From Squalus acanthias (lineage: Eukaryota), in the NCBI GenBank assembly GCA_030390025.1, contig CM059433.1, positions 11,720,001 to 11,784,000 on the forward strand: DNA of 64,000 nt. The letters run 5' to 3'. Shown here one piece after another: positions 12,121-24,194 of this stretch. Every line of letters begins with the position of its first letter. Position 1 is the first letter of the stretch. The position numbers and the translations under genes were made by a program. The notes beneath the pieces are model-generated. The model was not told the origin of the DNA. It was given only the letters and a program-made list of their open reading frames with translations, and searched no databases.

Positions 12121-13730
12121 AACATAAGAACATAAGAAATAGGCGCAGGAGTAGGCCAATCGGCCCCTCGAGCCTGCTCCGCCATTCAATAAGATCATGG
12201 CTGATCTGATCCTAACCGCCAATCTACTATCTATCACAGAACCATCTCCTGCATCTAACAGAATTGCACACACGAGATAGGAGCAGAATCAGGCTACACA
12301 GTCCCTGGGCCCGCTCCACTACCCACAGGGCCATGACCGATCCGAACCTAGACTCATGTCCAAATTCCTGCCCGCTCCCCGTAACCCTTAATGCCCTTTA
12401 CTTCTAGGAAACTGTCTATTTCTGTTTTAAATTTAATTAATGTTGTAGCTTCTACAGCTTTTTGTGGCAGCATATTCCATGGACCTACCACCCTCTGAGT
12501 GAAGTAGTTCCTCCTCATCTCAGTTTTGAAAGAGCAGCCCCTTATTCTAAGACTATGTCCCCTAGTTCTCGTCTCACCCGTCATCGGGAACATCCTCCCC
12601 GCATCCACCCGATCCAACCCCTTCACAATCTTATATGTTTCAATAAGATCGCCTCTCATTCTTCTGAACTCCAATGAGTAGAGTCCCAATCTACCCAACC
12701 TCTCCTCATATGACCACCCCCTCATCCCCGGGATTAACCGAGTGAACCTTTTTTGCACTGCCTCGAGAGCAAGGATGTCTTTCCTTAAGTAAGGACACCA
12801 AAACTGTATGCAGTATTCCAGGTGCGGTCTCACCAATACCTTGTACAACTGAAGCAATACCTCCCTATTTTTATATTCTATCCCCCTAGCAATGAAAGCC
12901 AACATTCCATTTGCCTTCTTAATCACTTGCTGCACCTGCATACTAACCTTTTGAGTTTCGTGCACCAGGACCCCCAGATCCCTTTGCACTTCAGTACTCT
13001 CCAGTTTCTTGCCATTAAGATAATAAATTGCTCTAGGATTTTTCCTGCCAAAGTGCATCACCTCACACTTTCCAGTGTTGTATTCCATCTGCCAAATCTC
13101 TGCCCACTTACTTAGCCTGTCTATGTCCCCTTGCAGGTTTTTTATGTCCTCCTCACTCACTACTTTCCCTCCCATCTTTGTATCATCTGCAAATTTTGAT
13201 ATGTTACACTTGGTCCCTTCCTCCAAATCGTTAATATAGATTGTGAAGAGTTGGGGACCCAGCACTGACCCCTGTGGAACACCACTAGTTACTGATTGCC
13301 AGTCTGAGAATGAACCATTTATCCCAACTCTTTGCTTTCTGTTAGATAGCCAATCCTCTATCCATGCCAGAATATTACCCCCAATCCCGTGATTTTTTAC
13401 CTTAAGCAATAATCTTTTGTGTGGCACCTTGTCAAATGCCTTTTGGAAGTCTAAATACACTACGTCCACTGGTTCCCCTTTATCCACTCTATATGTTACT
13501 TCCTCAAAGAACTCCAGCAAATTTGTCAAACATGACTTCCCCTTCGTAAAACCATGCTGACTTTGTCCTATTAAATTATGATTATCCAAATGTCCTGTTA
13601 CTGTTTCCTTAATAATGGACTCCAAAATTTTACCTACCACAGATGTTAGGCTAACCGGTCTATAGTTACCAGCCTTCTGTCTACTGCCCTTTTTAAATAA
13701 GGGTGTTACATTAGCAGTTTTCCAGTCTGC
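12121..13730 (-). mobile_element. Young CR1 LINE, 5'-truncated, with intact RT ORF (12354-13640)
   Basis: 428-aa open RT frame (YLDFQKAFDKVPH, GVPQGSVLGP, KFADDTK); nearly identical to 35519-37128. Confidence 0.95.
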
Positions 13731-13984
13731 TTTAAGGTTATTTTCATACGCAGGTTGCCCTTTTGGCCTGCTTCCTTAATCTCTTCATCAGCCTTTCCCA
13801 CAGTATTGTTGATTGCTGCACTTAGCTGCCCGTGCCCGTTTGGCAATTAATGAGAAGAGAAAAGCCTTTAAATTTTTGACATGGCCAGTCCTCTCCACTG
13901 CTGGCGCAACCAAAAAATTTAGTATCAGAATTTCGGGGCTTAGCGTCATAAGAATGGTATAAAATTGCAGCCTTGGCATGATTA

Positions 13985-14410
13985 GGCCTGTATTCACTAG
14001 AGTTCAGAAGAATGAGAGGGGATCTCATTGAAACGTATAAAATTCTGACAGGGCTAGACAGACTGGATGCAGGGAGGATATTCCCCCTGGCTGGGGGGAG
14101 TCTAGAACGAGGGGTCCCAGTATCAGGATACGGGGTAGGACATTTAGGACTGAGATGAGGAGAAATTTCTTCACCCAGAGGGTGGTGAACCTGTGGAATT
14201 CTCTACCACAGAAGGCTGTGGAGGCCAAGTCACTGAATATATTTAAGAAGGAGATAAATAGATTTCTAGACACAAAAGGCGTCAAGGGGTATGGGGAGAG
14301 AGCAGGAATATGGTATTGAGATAGAGGATCAGCCATGATCATATTGAATGGCGGAGCAGGCTCGAAGGGCCGAATGGCCTACTCCTGCTCCTATTTTTCT
14401 ATGTTTTCTA
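13985..14410 (+). mobile_element. CR1 3' fragment (second subfamily)
   Basis: Near-identical to 38595-39022; CR1 3' stem and tail. Confidence 0.9.
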
Positions 14411-14584
14411 TTACTTAGAGTACTTTATAAAAGTACTGTAAAGGGCAAGACAAGACAAATCGTGTGTGTGTTTTTTTTTTCTCCTTTTATATTCTGCCAC
14501 AGAGCAGTGAGGGGGCAGTTTTCTGAAATAACGTTGTAGGAAACAAAACACAATTTTGTTTTCAAGAGACTTGTCGCAACTTAC

Positions 14585-14768
14585 CATATTCTGCCAAAGG
14601 ACCAGTTGAATGTTTGTGGTGTTTGACCTTCATGGGCTTTGCACGGAAAATAGAGTTTTTCTCCCTCGATGGCTTTGCTTCCAGATCTTTTGATTGCCCT
14701 TGGACTGCTTGTGGAGGTCCCACACGCACTTGTCCATCTGTTGTAGAGGGGGAGCTATCACCTTCAGA
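14585..14768 (-). CDS. DCDC2: DCDC2-family gene, internal 184-bp coding exon
   Basis: Acceptor tttctctccctcattcctag| and donor |gtaagt; open frame SEGDSSPSTT...KNSIFRAKPMKVKHHKHSTGPLAEY; phase 0 to 1 fits both neighbouring exons. Confidence 0.8.
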
Positions 14769-16370
14769 CTAGGAATGAGGGAGAGAAACATTTTCCATGT
14801 TCTTAAAATTGTTTTTATTTCTGTACATAAAACAGATAAAATAGCTTGCATAATTAGTAGGCACTGCGTATTCATTTTTCGTTAATCCTTTTTTAATGAT
14901 ACATAGAGCTCACAGGAACAGTCGGTCATCGATTTTCCCTTAATTCTTGTACTGTCTCACCGAACAGTCTATCAATCATAGAGCTGGACAACCTCATGAT
15001 TTACTGACTGATCGTGGCAGTGTAGCATTTACAGAAACACTTCCCGACATTTGGGAGCACAGGGGACTCGTGTGCCACAGTACCAAAGCTGTAAAATAGA
15101 CTTTGCGGAGAATGATCCATTTAATTTCCTCATTCCCCCATTGATACAAAATAGTCGCTGTGACTGACTCTGAGATGGGGAGAGGGACTGGGGTACCAGA
15201 CTTGGGAGTCCAGTCCAGTTCAGAACAATAACATTGCTTGAGTCGTGTTCTGTGTTGCCCGGGAATAGCTTCCCTCCTGTGACTTTAAAAAAAAAGTTAT
15301 TTCTCTGGCCGTCAAAGGGTTCACAAAGATTACATACCTCTTCTCAAAATATAAATTCCTCTCATCAATTCACCGAGAAAGTATTGCTATTTTCAGCCCT
15401 TTTTTTTGTGCTCAGCAACACGAGGGTCTGTCAGCACTGTGAAATGGAGAGCTTTTCCATTTTAGGCATCATTAGTAGCCAAATCTGTTATATCAGTCAA
15501 GTGCAGAGTAAACATGAACAACAATCATTTGCATTTATATAGCACCTTTGAAGTAGAAAAATGCCCAAGGTGCTTCACAGAGGTGTAATCGGAGAAGTGG
15601 AAAAGTTGCATCTCTCAGCCCCAACAACAAGTCTTATACCCATCTCCAAAGAGCACTCGAACTACATCAGTGAGTTTTGTACCTTCCACCCCAGCCATCC
15701 TCATGACCCTTAGGAACTGGGACGAGACCCCCCTGAGCTCATTTCCCTTACATCTAACAAAGAGGACACCTTCAGCTCATCTGCCTTGACCGAATTTAAA
15801 GTCAGGCTCCAGCGATTAAAAAAAAGACAACGAAAGATATGAGTATCGTAGAGTGAAACAGTACTCAGTGTCACCTCAAAATATTTCAGCTTTGATATAT
15901 GGATCATAAAACTGTCTCCATACAGCCTCACACTGTATCCTAACACCAATGTTCAAAACAGTACTCCCTCCTGCACTAATGTAAATTTTTCCATGTCTCA
16001 CACCAGCCACTGTATGGCTTCGCTGAGTGAAATGAATGAATTATGCCTATTTTGGGATGTGAACTCACACCCATGAGAAACTGGGTTGAGAATGTTGCAA
16101 TTGACCCTACACGGGACCCTTACAGCTACCAGAGGGGAGGCATTTGTTCCATCAGTCTGAGCTGGATTCAAACTCGGATCCCAGACAGAAAGAACAGTGA
16201 GCTAACCTAAGCCAATCTAGCTGTTAGTCCCGAAACAAATTTACCATAAACAACAATTGGTTTAATTAGTGCTTCTTCAAAGTCGAACCAACTTGATCTG
16301 CCACTGACTAGAGGAAAGCACCATTATGTAAAGGCAACATTTTACATGAAGGGAATTATAAGACTCTTTA

Positions 16371-16536
16371 GGGGGGAAATTGGTCGGCGCCATGGAGAAT
16401 TGGCAGCCTGTTTCACATTCTTCCATACACACTTCCATTGAAGTGAATGGAAAAGAAAATCTGGTACTGTGTAAAACGGGCTACCAACTCATTATGGGCC
16501 CATTTTACGCTACTGGCGCAGACCAATTTCACCCCC
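16371..16536. mobile_element. Short palindromic MITE
   Basis: Termini GGGGGGAAATTGGTC / GACCAATTTCACCCCC; central ttccattgaagtgaatggaa. Confidence 0.65.
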
Positions 16537-16942
16537 AAATTTGAATCTTTACCCAACTGATTCTGGACTGTTGGTTCTGCATCAAAGTGAACAAAATCAT
16601 GCTGTGTGACATTAGCGTGCAAACGCTTAACATTTTGTATGCCATTCTGTTGTCCCGACCCAATAACGTCTCCAGAAAAGCAGCAGAGGAAGAAATTTCA
16701 TACAAACACATGAAGCATTCGTAGAATTTCACCGTTAGGCTCCTAATGCTGGGAAAAAGATTAAGAGGAATTTGCAAGGGATCGTGGCAAAAAAAACATT
16801 TTTTTTTAGGAATAGCCAACATTTTAATCATATCAAACTTGTCCATGAAGATAATGTCAATGAGTCAATGCCAAACAATAATCATTAATCAAAATCAAGG
16901 TGTGTCAGATTAGAAAAAGTCATGAAGGTAGCGAACACATTA

Positions 16943-17062
16943 AGGTAGTGAAATTGTTCTACGCCATTGACTTCAATGGAAAAGAAAATTGGACGCGGTG
17001 TAAAAGGGGCTGGCGATTCACTATGAGCCCGTTTCATGCTACTGGCCAAGGCTTCACCCCTC
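16943..17062. mobile_element. Partial copy of the same palindromic MITE
   Basis: ccattgacttcaatggaaaagaaaat core and gtaaaa..ggct arm shared with 16371-16536. Confidence 0.5.
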
Positions 17063-17467
17063 CAAGTTTCTAGCACACAGCACTGTCTATCCCACAAATG
17101 TACAACGTTGGTACAGTGCTTATATAACGAGGGCTAAAAGTGGGACTGCAGTTTTCCAAACCAATCCACTGGTGGGCAACAACCAGTTTACCTGTTGGGG
17201 AGAGGACAACAATCCAGAATCACTTGATCCTCCATGGGATATGTGATGCAGCTCAAACTGAGAAAACAAAAATTCAAATTAATGGCAATTTAGCGGAGTT
17301 ACAGGCCTAAACTTTGGGACAAGGAGCATGCAGAAGCAGAAAATTTAAATGATTGCATTATTCCAAAACTAAACCAAGGGGCACTGCTGATTTCCACAGG
17401 CTACAGAACCTCACAGATATACTTTGGTTTCTACTCAGAAGCAAGGCCTAAAGGCCCAATCTTATCC

Positions 17468-17515
17468 CTATAAAGTCATTAGCAATGTTCTCTATAAAGT
17501 CATTAGCAATGTTCT
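17468..17515. repeat. Perfect 24-bp tandem duplication
   Basis: CTATAAAGTCATTAGCAATGTTCT twice. Confidence 0.95.
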
Positions 17516-18184
17516 CTTCCTCTGTTGAACATATTTAGTGTAGTGTGGTTTTCTAGATTCATTTACACCCCAAAACAGTGGCAAAATATGAAACAGAGAC
17601 TTAACTTAAACTATCCCTCGTACAACTGGTGAAATAATCCACAAAGTGCACAGGTCAGAAGCAGGGGTTGTGGACTCTGTTCACACAGGAGCAGGAGATC
17701 TTTAAGGGACCTGCAAAGCCATGAGGATCCTTTTCACCAGTTGTTAGAGAGTTGCACTGTCAGGGTGGCTGATAGCTAAATTACCCATTGTCAAATTAAA
17801 CATGTTTGCTGTTATTGTCAAACCATGATCAAGTGACATTTCTGATCCATAAATCAATATGGTCTGCTATCAAATAAGAATTAAGAACCCTGCCATTTTT
17901 TTCTTAAAATGCTATCCAGTATGAAAAGATCCACAAACTGAATATTCTGGTGTGCTTAAGGTGGATGTGTTATAATGCCTTTTAGGACTAAATGCACTCA
18001 GTCCACTAATAATGTCTGCGCTAGAAGATACCACCCATAACAAGAGAGAGGCAAGTCCCTCCAGATCTCTTAGTGCTCAAACAGGAGCTTTATTTATGTT
18101 ATTCAGCTTCATCTGTCAGTACATTTTGCGGGTTTCTTGATTTTTACAAAAGGTCTTATAGGCAAAAAAATGCAGGTACACATT

Positions 18185-18893
18185 GGGCAGAATTTTCATT
18201 GACCCGTGGAGGTGGGTTTGGAGGCATGTGGGGGGTTAAAATTGCGAAAACTGGCGGGCGGGCACAAGCCCACCTCCGCCTCCACGCAATTTTCATTAAA
18301 TCGTGTCTGCTGGTCCCGACTCCGTCCCGCCTCTAAGAGGCGGGATAGGCTGTTAAGGCCCTTAACAAGCACTAAATTGCCTCTATAATGCCATTTTGAA
18401 AGGCCTTTGTGATTTTAACCCTTTTTCTACGTGAAGCACGCCTGTTCTGAACTACGAATGTGAAACCTGGCGGGAACACATTTGGATAGCTGACTATCAG
18501 CTGCAGGTCCACTATTACAATGGAGATGTGATGATGTTGGAGGAGAAGGAGGAGGAGGAGGAGGAGGAATATATATATCTGGGAGTGGTGGTGGTGGTAC
18601 AAAAATATCTGGTAGCATACTTAGGGCTGCTGCTGCTCATTTTGCCTGCAGGTCCTCTCACAGCAAAGGCCAGGCAGTCTTTGCAGACCTTCAATGCAGC
18701 AGCAATGATGACTTCATTAGAGGCGACTTTCAGACTAAAAACACTAATTGGGTCATGGGTTCCCACATGCTGAAACTCAATTGCCCAATTAGGTGAAAAT
18801 CGCATCAAGCTCCCACATTCAATTGCAGTCGGGTGGATAACACGAAAAGTGGATGACACGACCCCAGCCCGCCCCAGTATCAAAATCCAGTCC
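18185..18893. mobile_element. MITE family B
   Basis: Termini GGGCAGAATTTT / AAAATCCAGTCC, ATT on both sides; highly similar to 44847-45516. Confidence 0.85.
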
Positions 18894-19518
18894 ATTGCGT
18901 TAGATTCTCCTCTGTATTCCCACCTGAAATGGGCAGGATAGTGGCAGAGAATGAAACAAAAATCAGGCAGTGAGGTATACAATCACCTCACAACCTCACT
19001 GCCCCGACCTCAACATCCCTCCTTCCCCCAGCCCCGAAGGGACGACCACCCCCCGATCCATTCCACATACACGACGTGCAAATGCCGGCTGACCCAGGTT
19101 CCCGGTCCATTTCTCTCCCACCTGCCCCAGTAACTGTTGCTTCCTGGGACGGCCCCAGGAAGACTACACGAAGCTTATAGCTCGGGGATCTTCCGACCCT
19201 TTGAATGCCCGGCCGCCTTTTCTGCTGCCGCACTGGCGATCCCGCTGCAGCACCACTGGGGAATTTGTGGCCGCGCACTGACAGGCCCCATCTTGGCAGT
19301 GGGAATTCTGCCGGGAGCCCACTGTGCATATCCAGTGACCCGCCACCCTTCGCCCACCGCCCCAGGGAAAGGGGACAGGATTTGAGCATAGTCAGAGAGG
19401 TGGGTGTAAATCCCACCCTGCCGTTACCCTACCCCAAAGAGTTGAATCTCGCACATCTGTTTCTTGTTCCAGTATCTGTCTGCAGCTATTTACTATCATG
19501 CTGTATTTCACGTGCTTA

Positions 19519-20150
19519 CTTCTCTTCTTAGGCAGTCCCTCGTAACCGAGGATGACATGCTTCCACACTAAAAATGAGTTCTCAGGTGACTGATGAGTCC
19601 AATGCGGGACCTACAGTCTCTGTCACAGGTGGGGCAGACGGTGGTTGAAGGGGCGGGCGGGTGGGTGGGGTGCTTGGGTTGATGTGCGCTCCTTGCGCTT
19701 GGCTTCTGCTTGCTCCCGGCAAAGAGACTCGAGGTGTTCGGTGCCTTCCCGGATGCTTCTCCTCCACATAATGTGCGGTCGTGGGCCAGGGATTCCTAGG
19801 TGTCGGTGGGGATGTTGCACTTTTTCAAGGAGGCTTTGAGAGTGTCCTTGAAGCATTTCCTCTGCCCACCTGGGGCTCTCTTGCCGTGCCGGAGCTCTGA
19901 ATAGAGCACTTGTTTTGGGAGTCTCGTATCGGGCATGCGGACGATGTGACCCGTCCATCGGAGCTGATCGAGCGTGGTCAAGGCTTTGATGCTGGGGATG
20001 TTGACCTGAGCGAGAACACTGACGTTGGTGTGCCTATCCTGCCAATGGATTTGCAGGACCTTGCGGAGGCAGCTTTGGTGGTGCCTCTCCGGTGCTTTGA
20101 GGTGCCTGCTGTACATGGTCCATGTCTCTGAGGCATACAGCAGGGCGGGA
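19519..20150 (-). mobile_element. RTE LINE 3' fragment
   Basis: LLYASETWTMYSRHLK...RLPKQVLYSEL; same family as 5016-5820 and 60543-61550. Confidence 0.9.
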
Positions 20151-20508
20151 GGCATACAAGGGGCACATGCTTAGTGTTACTGCTCACAACATGACTGCCA
20201 GTGTTGCTGAATGAAGTTATTTGTAGGTGTGCCAATGGGCAGCAAGTTCAGCCTCTGATTTAGCAGACTTCACCTGCAGTGAGACAAATTACTCGGTGCT
20301 CCTTTCTCGGAACAAATTAACAAAACTCAAAGTAAACCTGTCCAGACAATTAAGAGAGAAAACTCCTTGATCACCTTCCTTCTTTTGAGGGAGATCTTCC
20401 CTGTGCACACAACTGTAAATGTTAATAGTTGTCCCAAAAGAAAGGAAACGTTTAACACATCTAGTGATAGCTAAATGTTAAAATCTTAAATAACACCACT
20501 GCTTATTA

Positions 20509-20716
20509 TTGATTGCTGTGATTGTCTCTCTGCTGAGGTGTGATAAAGGGCAGTTAGAAAGATTAACTGTAATCATCTGGCAGTGTTCTCTGACTATATA
20601 TGCTGTGCCGATATACATCTCTTCACTTCACCTGACGAAGGAGCAGCGCTCCGAAAGCTTGTGATTTCAAATAAAACTGTTGGACTATAACCTGGTGTTG
20701 TGCGACTTCTCACATT
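20509..20716 (+). mobile_element. Penelope-like element terminal repeat (pLTR) fragment
   Basis: TATA-like ctatatat, hammerhead core, AATAAA and ctgttggactataacctggtgttgtg tail; flanked by TGCTTATTA at 20500-20508 and 20717-20725. Confidence 0.75.
20628..20664 (+). ncRNA. Minimal type I hammerhead ribozyme motif
   Basis: tcac-CTGACGA-a-GGAGC agc GCTCC-GAAA-gctt-gtga: catalytic boxes, stem II, stem I (tcac/gtga) and palindromic stem III (AAGCTT). Confidence 0.75.
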
Positions 20717-21211
20717 TGCTTATTAATAAGCAGACCTTTTAAAGGTTTTCTTTATTGTAGCAAATTCTATAGACATACACATCCCTTTAAGGAATCATGC
20801 TTTTTAATTTGTCAGGGCAAAAATGACCACAAGTTTGGAATCTCCGGTTCTAAACTGGATGAAAATCTCCATTGCCTGTCAGCAGTAAGAGTGCTAAGTG
20901 AGCAAGTAGGGTGCAGGTCCACAACACAAAGCTGACTAAACCTCAACACTAATTGGAACTAAATGTCAGTTTTGCTCAGAGAAACCACGAGGATTACAGG
21001 GGAAATGGAAATGTCACCCTCGTTCTCTTCTGAGGTTGAGGGTTGAGACGCAAAGTTGATGCAGAATAGCGAGAGCTTTAATGTGCATTAAGCCCGTGTT
21101 ATACCAAAAATTGCAAGGGTGTACCTGTCAGGAAAGGATGAACAGGCTGGGTCTCTTATCTATTGAAAAGAGAAGACTGAGGGGTGACCAAATAGAGGTC
21201 TTTAAAAATGA

Positions 21212-21404
21212 TACAATAGCAAAATACTGCGGATGCTGGAAATCTGAAATAACAACAGAAAGTGCTGGAAACACTCAGCCGGTCAGGCAGCATCGGGTCA
21301 AGGACCCGTCGTCAGAACTGACGAAGGGTTCGACCCGAAACTTTGACTCTGTTTCTCCTCTCCTCGATGCTGCCTGACCTGCTGAGTGTTTCCAGCACTT
21401 TCTG
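21212..21404. mobile_element. Palindromic Penelope-type short element with back-to-back hammerhead cores
   Basis: Inverted arms cagaaagtgctggaaacactcagc / gctgagtgtttccagcactttctg; flanking tctttaaaa.. duplication. Confidence 0.7.
21318..21347 (+). ncRNA. Hammerhead ribozyme core (possibly degenerate)
   Basis: CTGACGA-a-GGGT tcg ACCC-GAAA-cttt; stems I and III imperfect. Confidence 0.5.
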
Positions 21405-21778
21405 ATCTTTAAAATTATGAAAGTTTTTGATAGAGTAGATACAGAGAAAGCGTTTCCACTTATGGAGAAGAGCAAAACTAAAGGCCATCAATATAAGATA
21501 GTTACCAAAAAATCAAATAGGGAATTCAGGAGAAACTTCTTTACCCAAAGAGTGGTGAGAATGTGGAACTCGCTACCGCAGAGAGTGGTTGAAGCGAATA
21601 GTGTAGATGCATTTAAGGGGAGGCTGGACAAGCATATGAGGGAGAAGGGAATAGAGGGTTACGCAGATAGATTTAGATGGGGAAGGATAGACTCGAGTGG
21701 AGCATAAACAGTTTCTGTGCTGTATATTCTATGCAATTCTATGTTTCTGATCTGGGAGTGCTTCATAACAAACTGGAT

Positions 21779-22380
21779 GGGGGCTAAATTCGGTTGATTT
21801 GCGCCTCCCATTAGCGCCCTAAGAGGGCACTAATGGGGCGCAAATCCACTAATGCCTCCCGTGAAATTCAGCCGTGCGCAGCGCCCCGCTCGAGCCCCAG
21901 CTTTAATATTGGGTGGCGCCCCCCCCTGACTTATCGCCGGACGTTATGTCCGCCGGGGTCAGGGGGGGCCTACCTGCGGCCGGGGCGGCGCTAGTTAAAG
22001 GGGAAGTGGCGGGCAGCCATTTTTGTTGCTGGCCGCCTGCCAGCACCTGCCCCCCGTTGCTGTCCCCGGCCCCCGTGAAGCCCCGCTGCGGGGTACCGGC
22101 TGCTCTCCCTGAGCACTCCTCTCGAGTGCCGGGCTCGTTTGCCGGCACTCCCGATCGCTGGTGGCCCATTGGGCGCCGGGACGCGCTGCGCCAGGCCCCT
22201 CCCCTTTAAGTTTTTGGCTCGCAGCGCCCCAAGAGGGATGCGGGGCACTTCCAGTAGCGCCCCTCCTCCCTCTCGGGGCGCTACCTGGGAAAATCGTCCA
22301 CGGGGGCGCTAACTTTTTTGGGGCGCTACCGAATTTTTACCCCGATAAGTCTCATTTAAGGGGCCCAAATTAATTTCCCC
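21779..22380. mobile_element. Harbinger-type MITE family A
   Basis: Homologous to 3514-4205; termini GGGGGCTAAATT / AATTTCCCC. Confidence 0.75.
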
Positions 22381-22748
22381 GAATATAAATATATACACCA
22401 TTGTGAACAGGGAATTTTCCATGTGCTTTTATATTGTGGGTTAAATTTTTACAAATTAGCGCTCCTGGTGCAGACCTGCATGCACTTTTTGGGGACGCAG
22501 TTTTGGAATGTGGGTGCAGAGATCAGCACATCCCGCACAATAATCATCCCTCAAAACTGATGATATTTTTATACTAATCATAACCCTATTTTGCATGTTG
22601 TGCTTTGTACTTTCAATGACGTGCATAAATTAAGCGATGGCCACTTTTTTTGCAGATGGCCAATTTTTTGGCCCCAGCATGGAAAGAAGATCATGTGAGA
22701 GACACACTCAATATTTACTCCTATTGAGCAAAAAACACTATTTTGTAA

Positions 22749-23150
22749 AAGAAAGAAAGACTTGCATTTCTATAGCGCCTTTCACGACCACCGGACGTCT
22801 CAAAGCGCTTTACAGCCAATGAAGTAGAGTCACTGTTGTAATGTGGGAAACGCAGCAGCCAATTTGCACACAGCAAGCTCCCACAAACAGCAATGTGATA
22901 ATGACCAGATAATCTGTTTTTTTGTTATGTTGGTTGAGGGATAAATATTGGCCCCAGGACACCGAGGATAACTCCCCCCCCCCCCCTGCTCTTCTTCGAA
23001 ATAGTGGCCATGGGGATCTTTTACATCCACCTGAGAGAGCAGACGGGGCCTCGGTTTAACATCTCATCCGAAAGACGGCATCTCCGGCAGTGCAGCACTC
23101 CCTCAGCACTGCACTGGGAGTGTCAGCCTAGCTTTATGTGCCCAAGTTCC
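22749..23150 (-). mobile_element. Deu-domain SINE (SacSINE1-like), head missing
   Basis: Deu-like core ccgtctttcggatgagatgttaaaccgagg...aaagatcccc; L2-like tail ending in (tctt)n. Confidence 0.8.
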
Positions 23151-23829
23151 TGTATGCTCTCTGACTTACTAAAGCTATTAACAAGATAAAAAATGCCCCA
23201 ATACCGCGCTCACTTGACTTTGTAGTCAGCTCTCCTTATTTCTAGCTTATCTGCTGTAAAGGCCCAAACCTCCCAACTCTCGCTGGCTTCCATTTCCCAG
23301 ATTCCTGCTGTCTTCCAACCTGAGCATTAAGGATCAGTTCTATTATTACCTGCACTGAGTCAACTCGCTATTGTGGTTCCTGAACATATCGGTATTAACC
23401 CATCCTGTGATCACCGTGTTAATTCAACACTCAGTCTTCTGAGAATTAAGTGAGCAGCAGCAAGAGGTAATTATCTATCCAGGGCTTCAGAGGAAGGCTG
23501 CAGTGAACATTCAAAAACTGTTCTCCTGCCTTAGTCTACCTATGAGCAATACCATGGAAAATCCACATAAATATATTAAAAAATATAGGGCCCAGGGAAC
23601 ACAAATGGACCAAATACAGAGGGATGTGGATAGATTAGAAACTTGGGCTGAACTAGTGGCACATACGTGGGTAAATGCAAAGTAATGCGTCTTCGAAAGG
23701 GAAATAAAATGGTAATATAAGCCCGACAGTATCTGTTAATAGGGAACGACATCGCAGAGGGATTTGGAAGGTGACTCATGGATAACTCGCTGAAATCAAG
23801 ACAGCAAGGACAGCAAGTAAAAAAAATTG

Positions 23830-24168
23830 CCTTCCATTTCCTGGAATGGTTTCTCCTCCTACCATCACTCTGGTGCGCCCTGAGGTTATGACCTTGGACC
23901 CTTCTATTCCTTGTCTACATGTGGCCTCTCAACAACATTATCTGTAAGTGTGGGATCAGTTTCCATATGTATTGTTTACGCACCCAGCTTTAGCCATCCG
24001 ACCCACCCTCGACTCCATGACTGCTATGGTGCTGTTCAACTGCTTGTCTCATATCAAGTTGTGGATGAGGCAGGATTTTCTGCACCTTAACCTTCGCAAG
24101 ACTGAAACCATTCTGTTCTGCTCCCAACAGAAATTCCCTTCCCTAGCTCCTGATTCTATTTCCCTCAC
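23830..24168 (+). mobile_element. Old L2 LINE RT fragment
   Basis: NCLSHIKLWMRQDFLHLNLRKTETILF motif. Confidence 0.65.
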
Positions 24169-24194
24169 ATGAGAAGAGGCGATTGAAACAGAAG

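Larger units (their letters stand above)
21100..21745 (+). mobile_element. Older CR1 3' fragment interrupted at 21212-21404
   Basis: ERMNRLGLLSIEKRRLRGD...RRNFFTQRVVRMWNSLP; (ttctatg)-type tail. Confidence 0.85.

Noticed and set aside
16529..16846. 105-aa ORF or possible host exon
   Set aside because: No recognisable homology; the best donor gives a phase incompatible with the next exon.
18528..18773. Poly-Glu ORF
   Set aside because: Translation of a microsatellite inside MITE family B.
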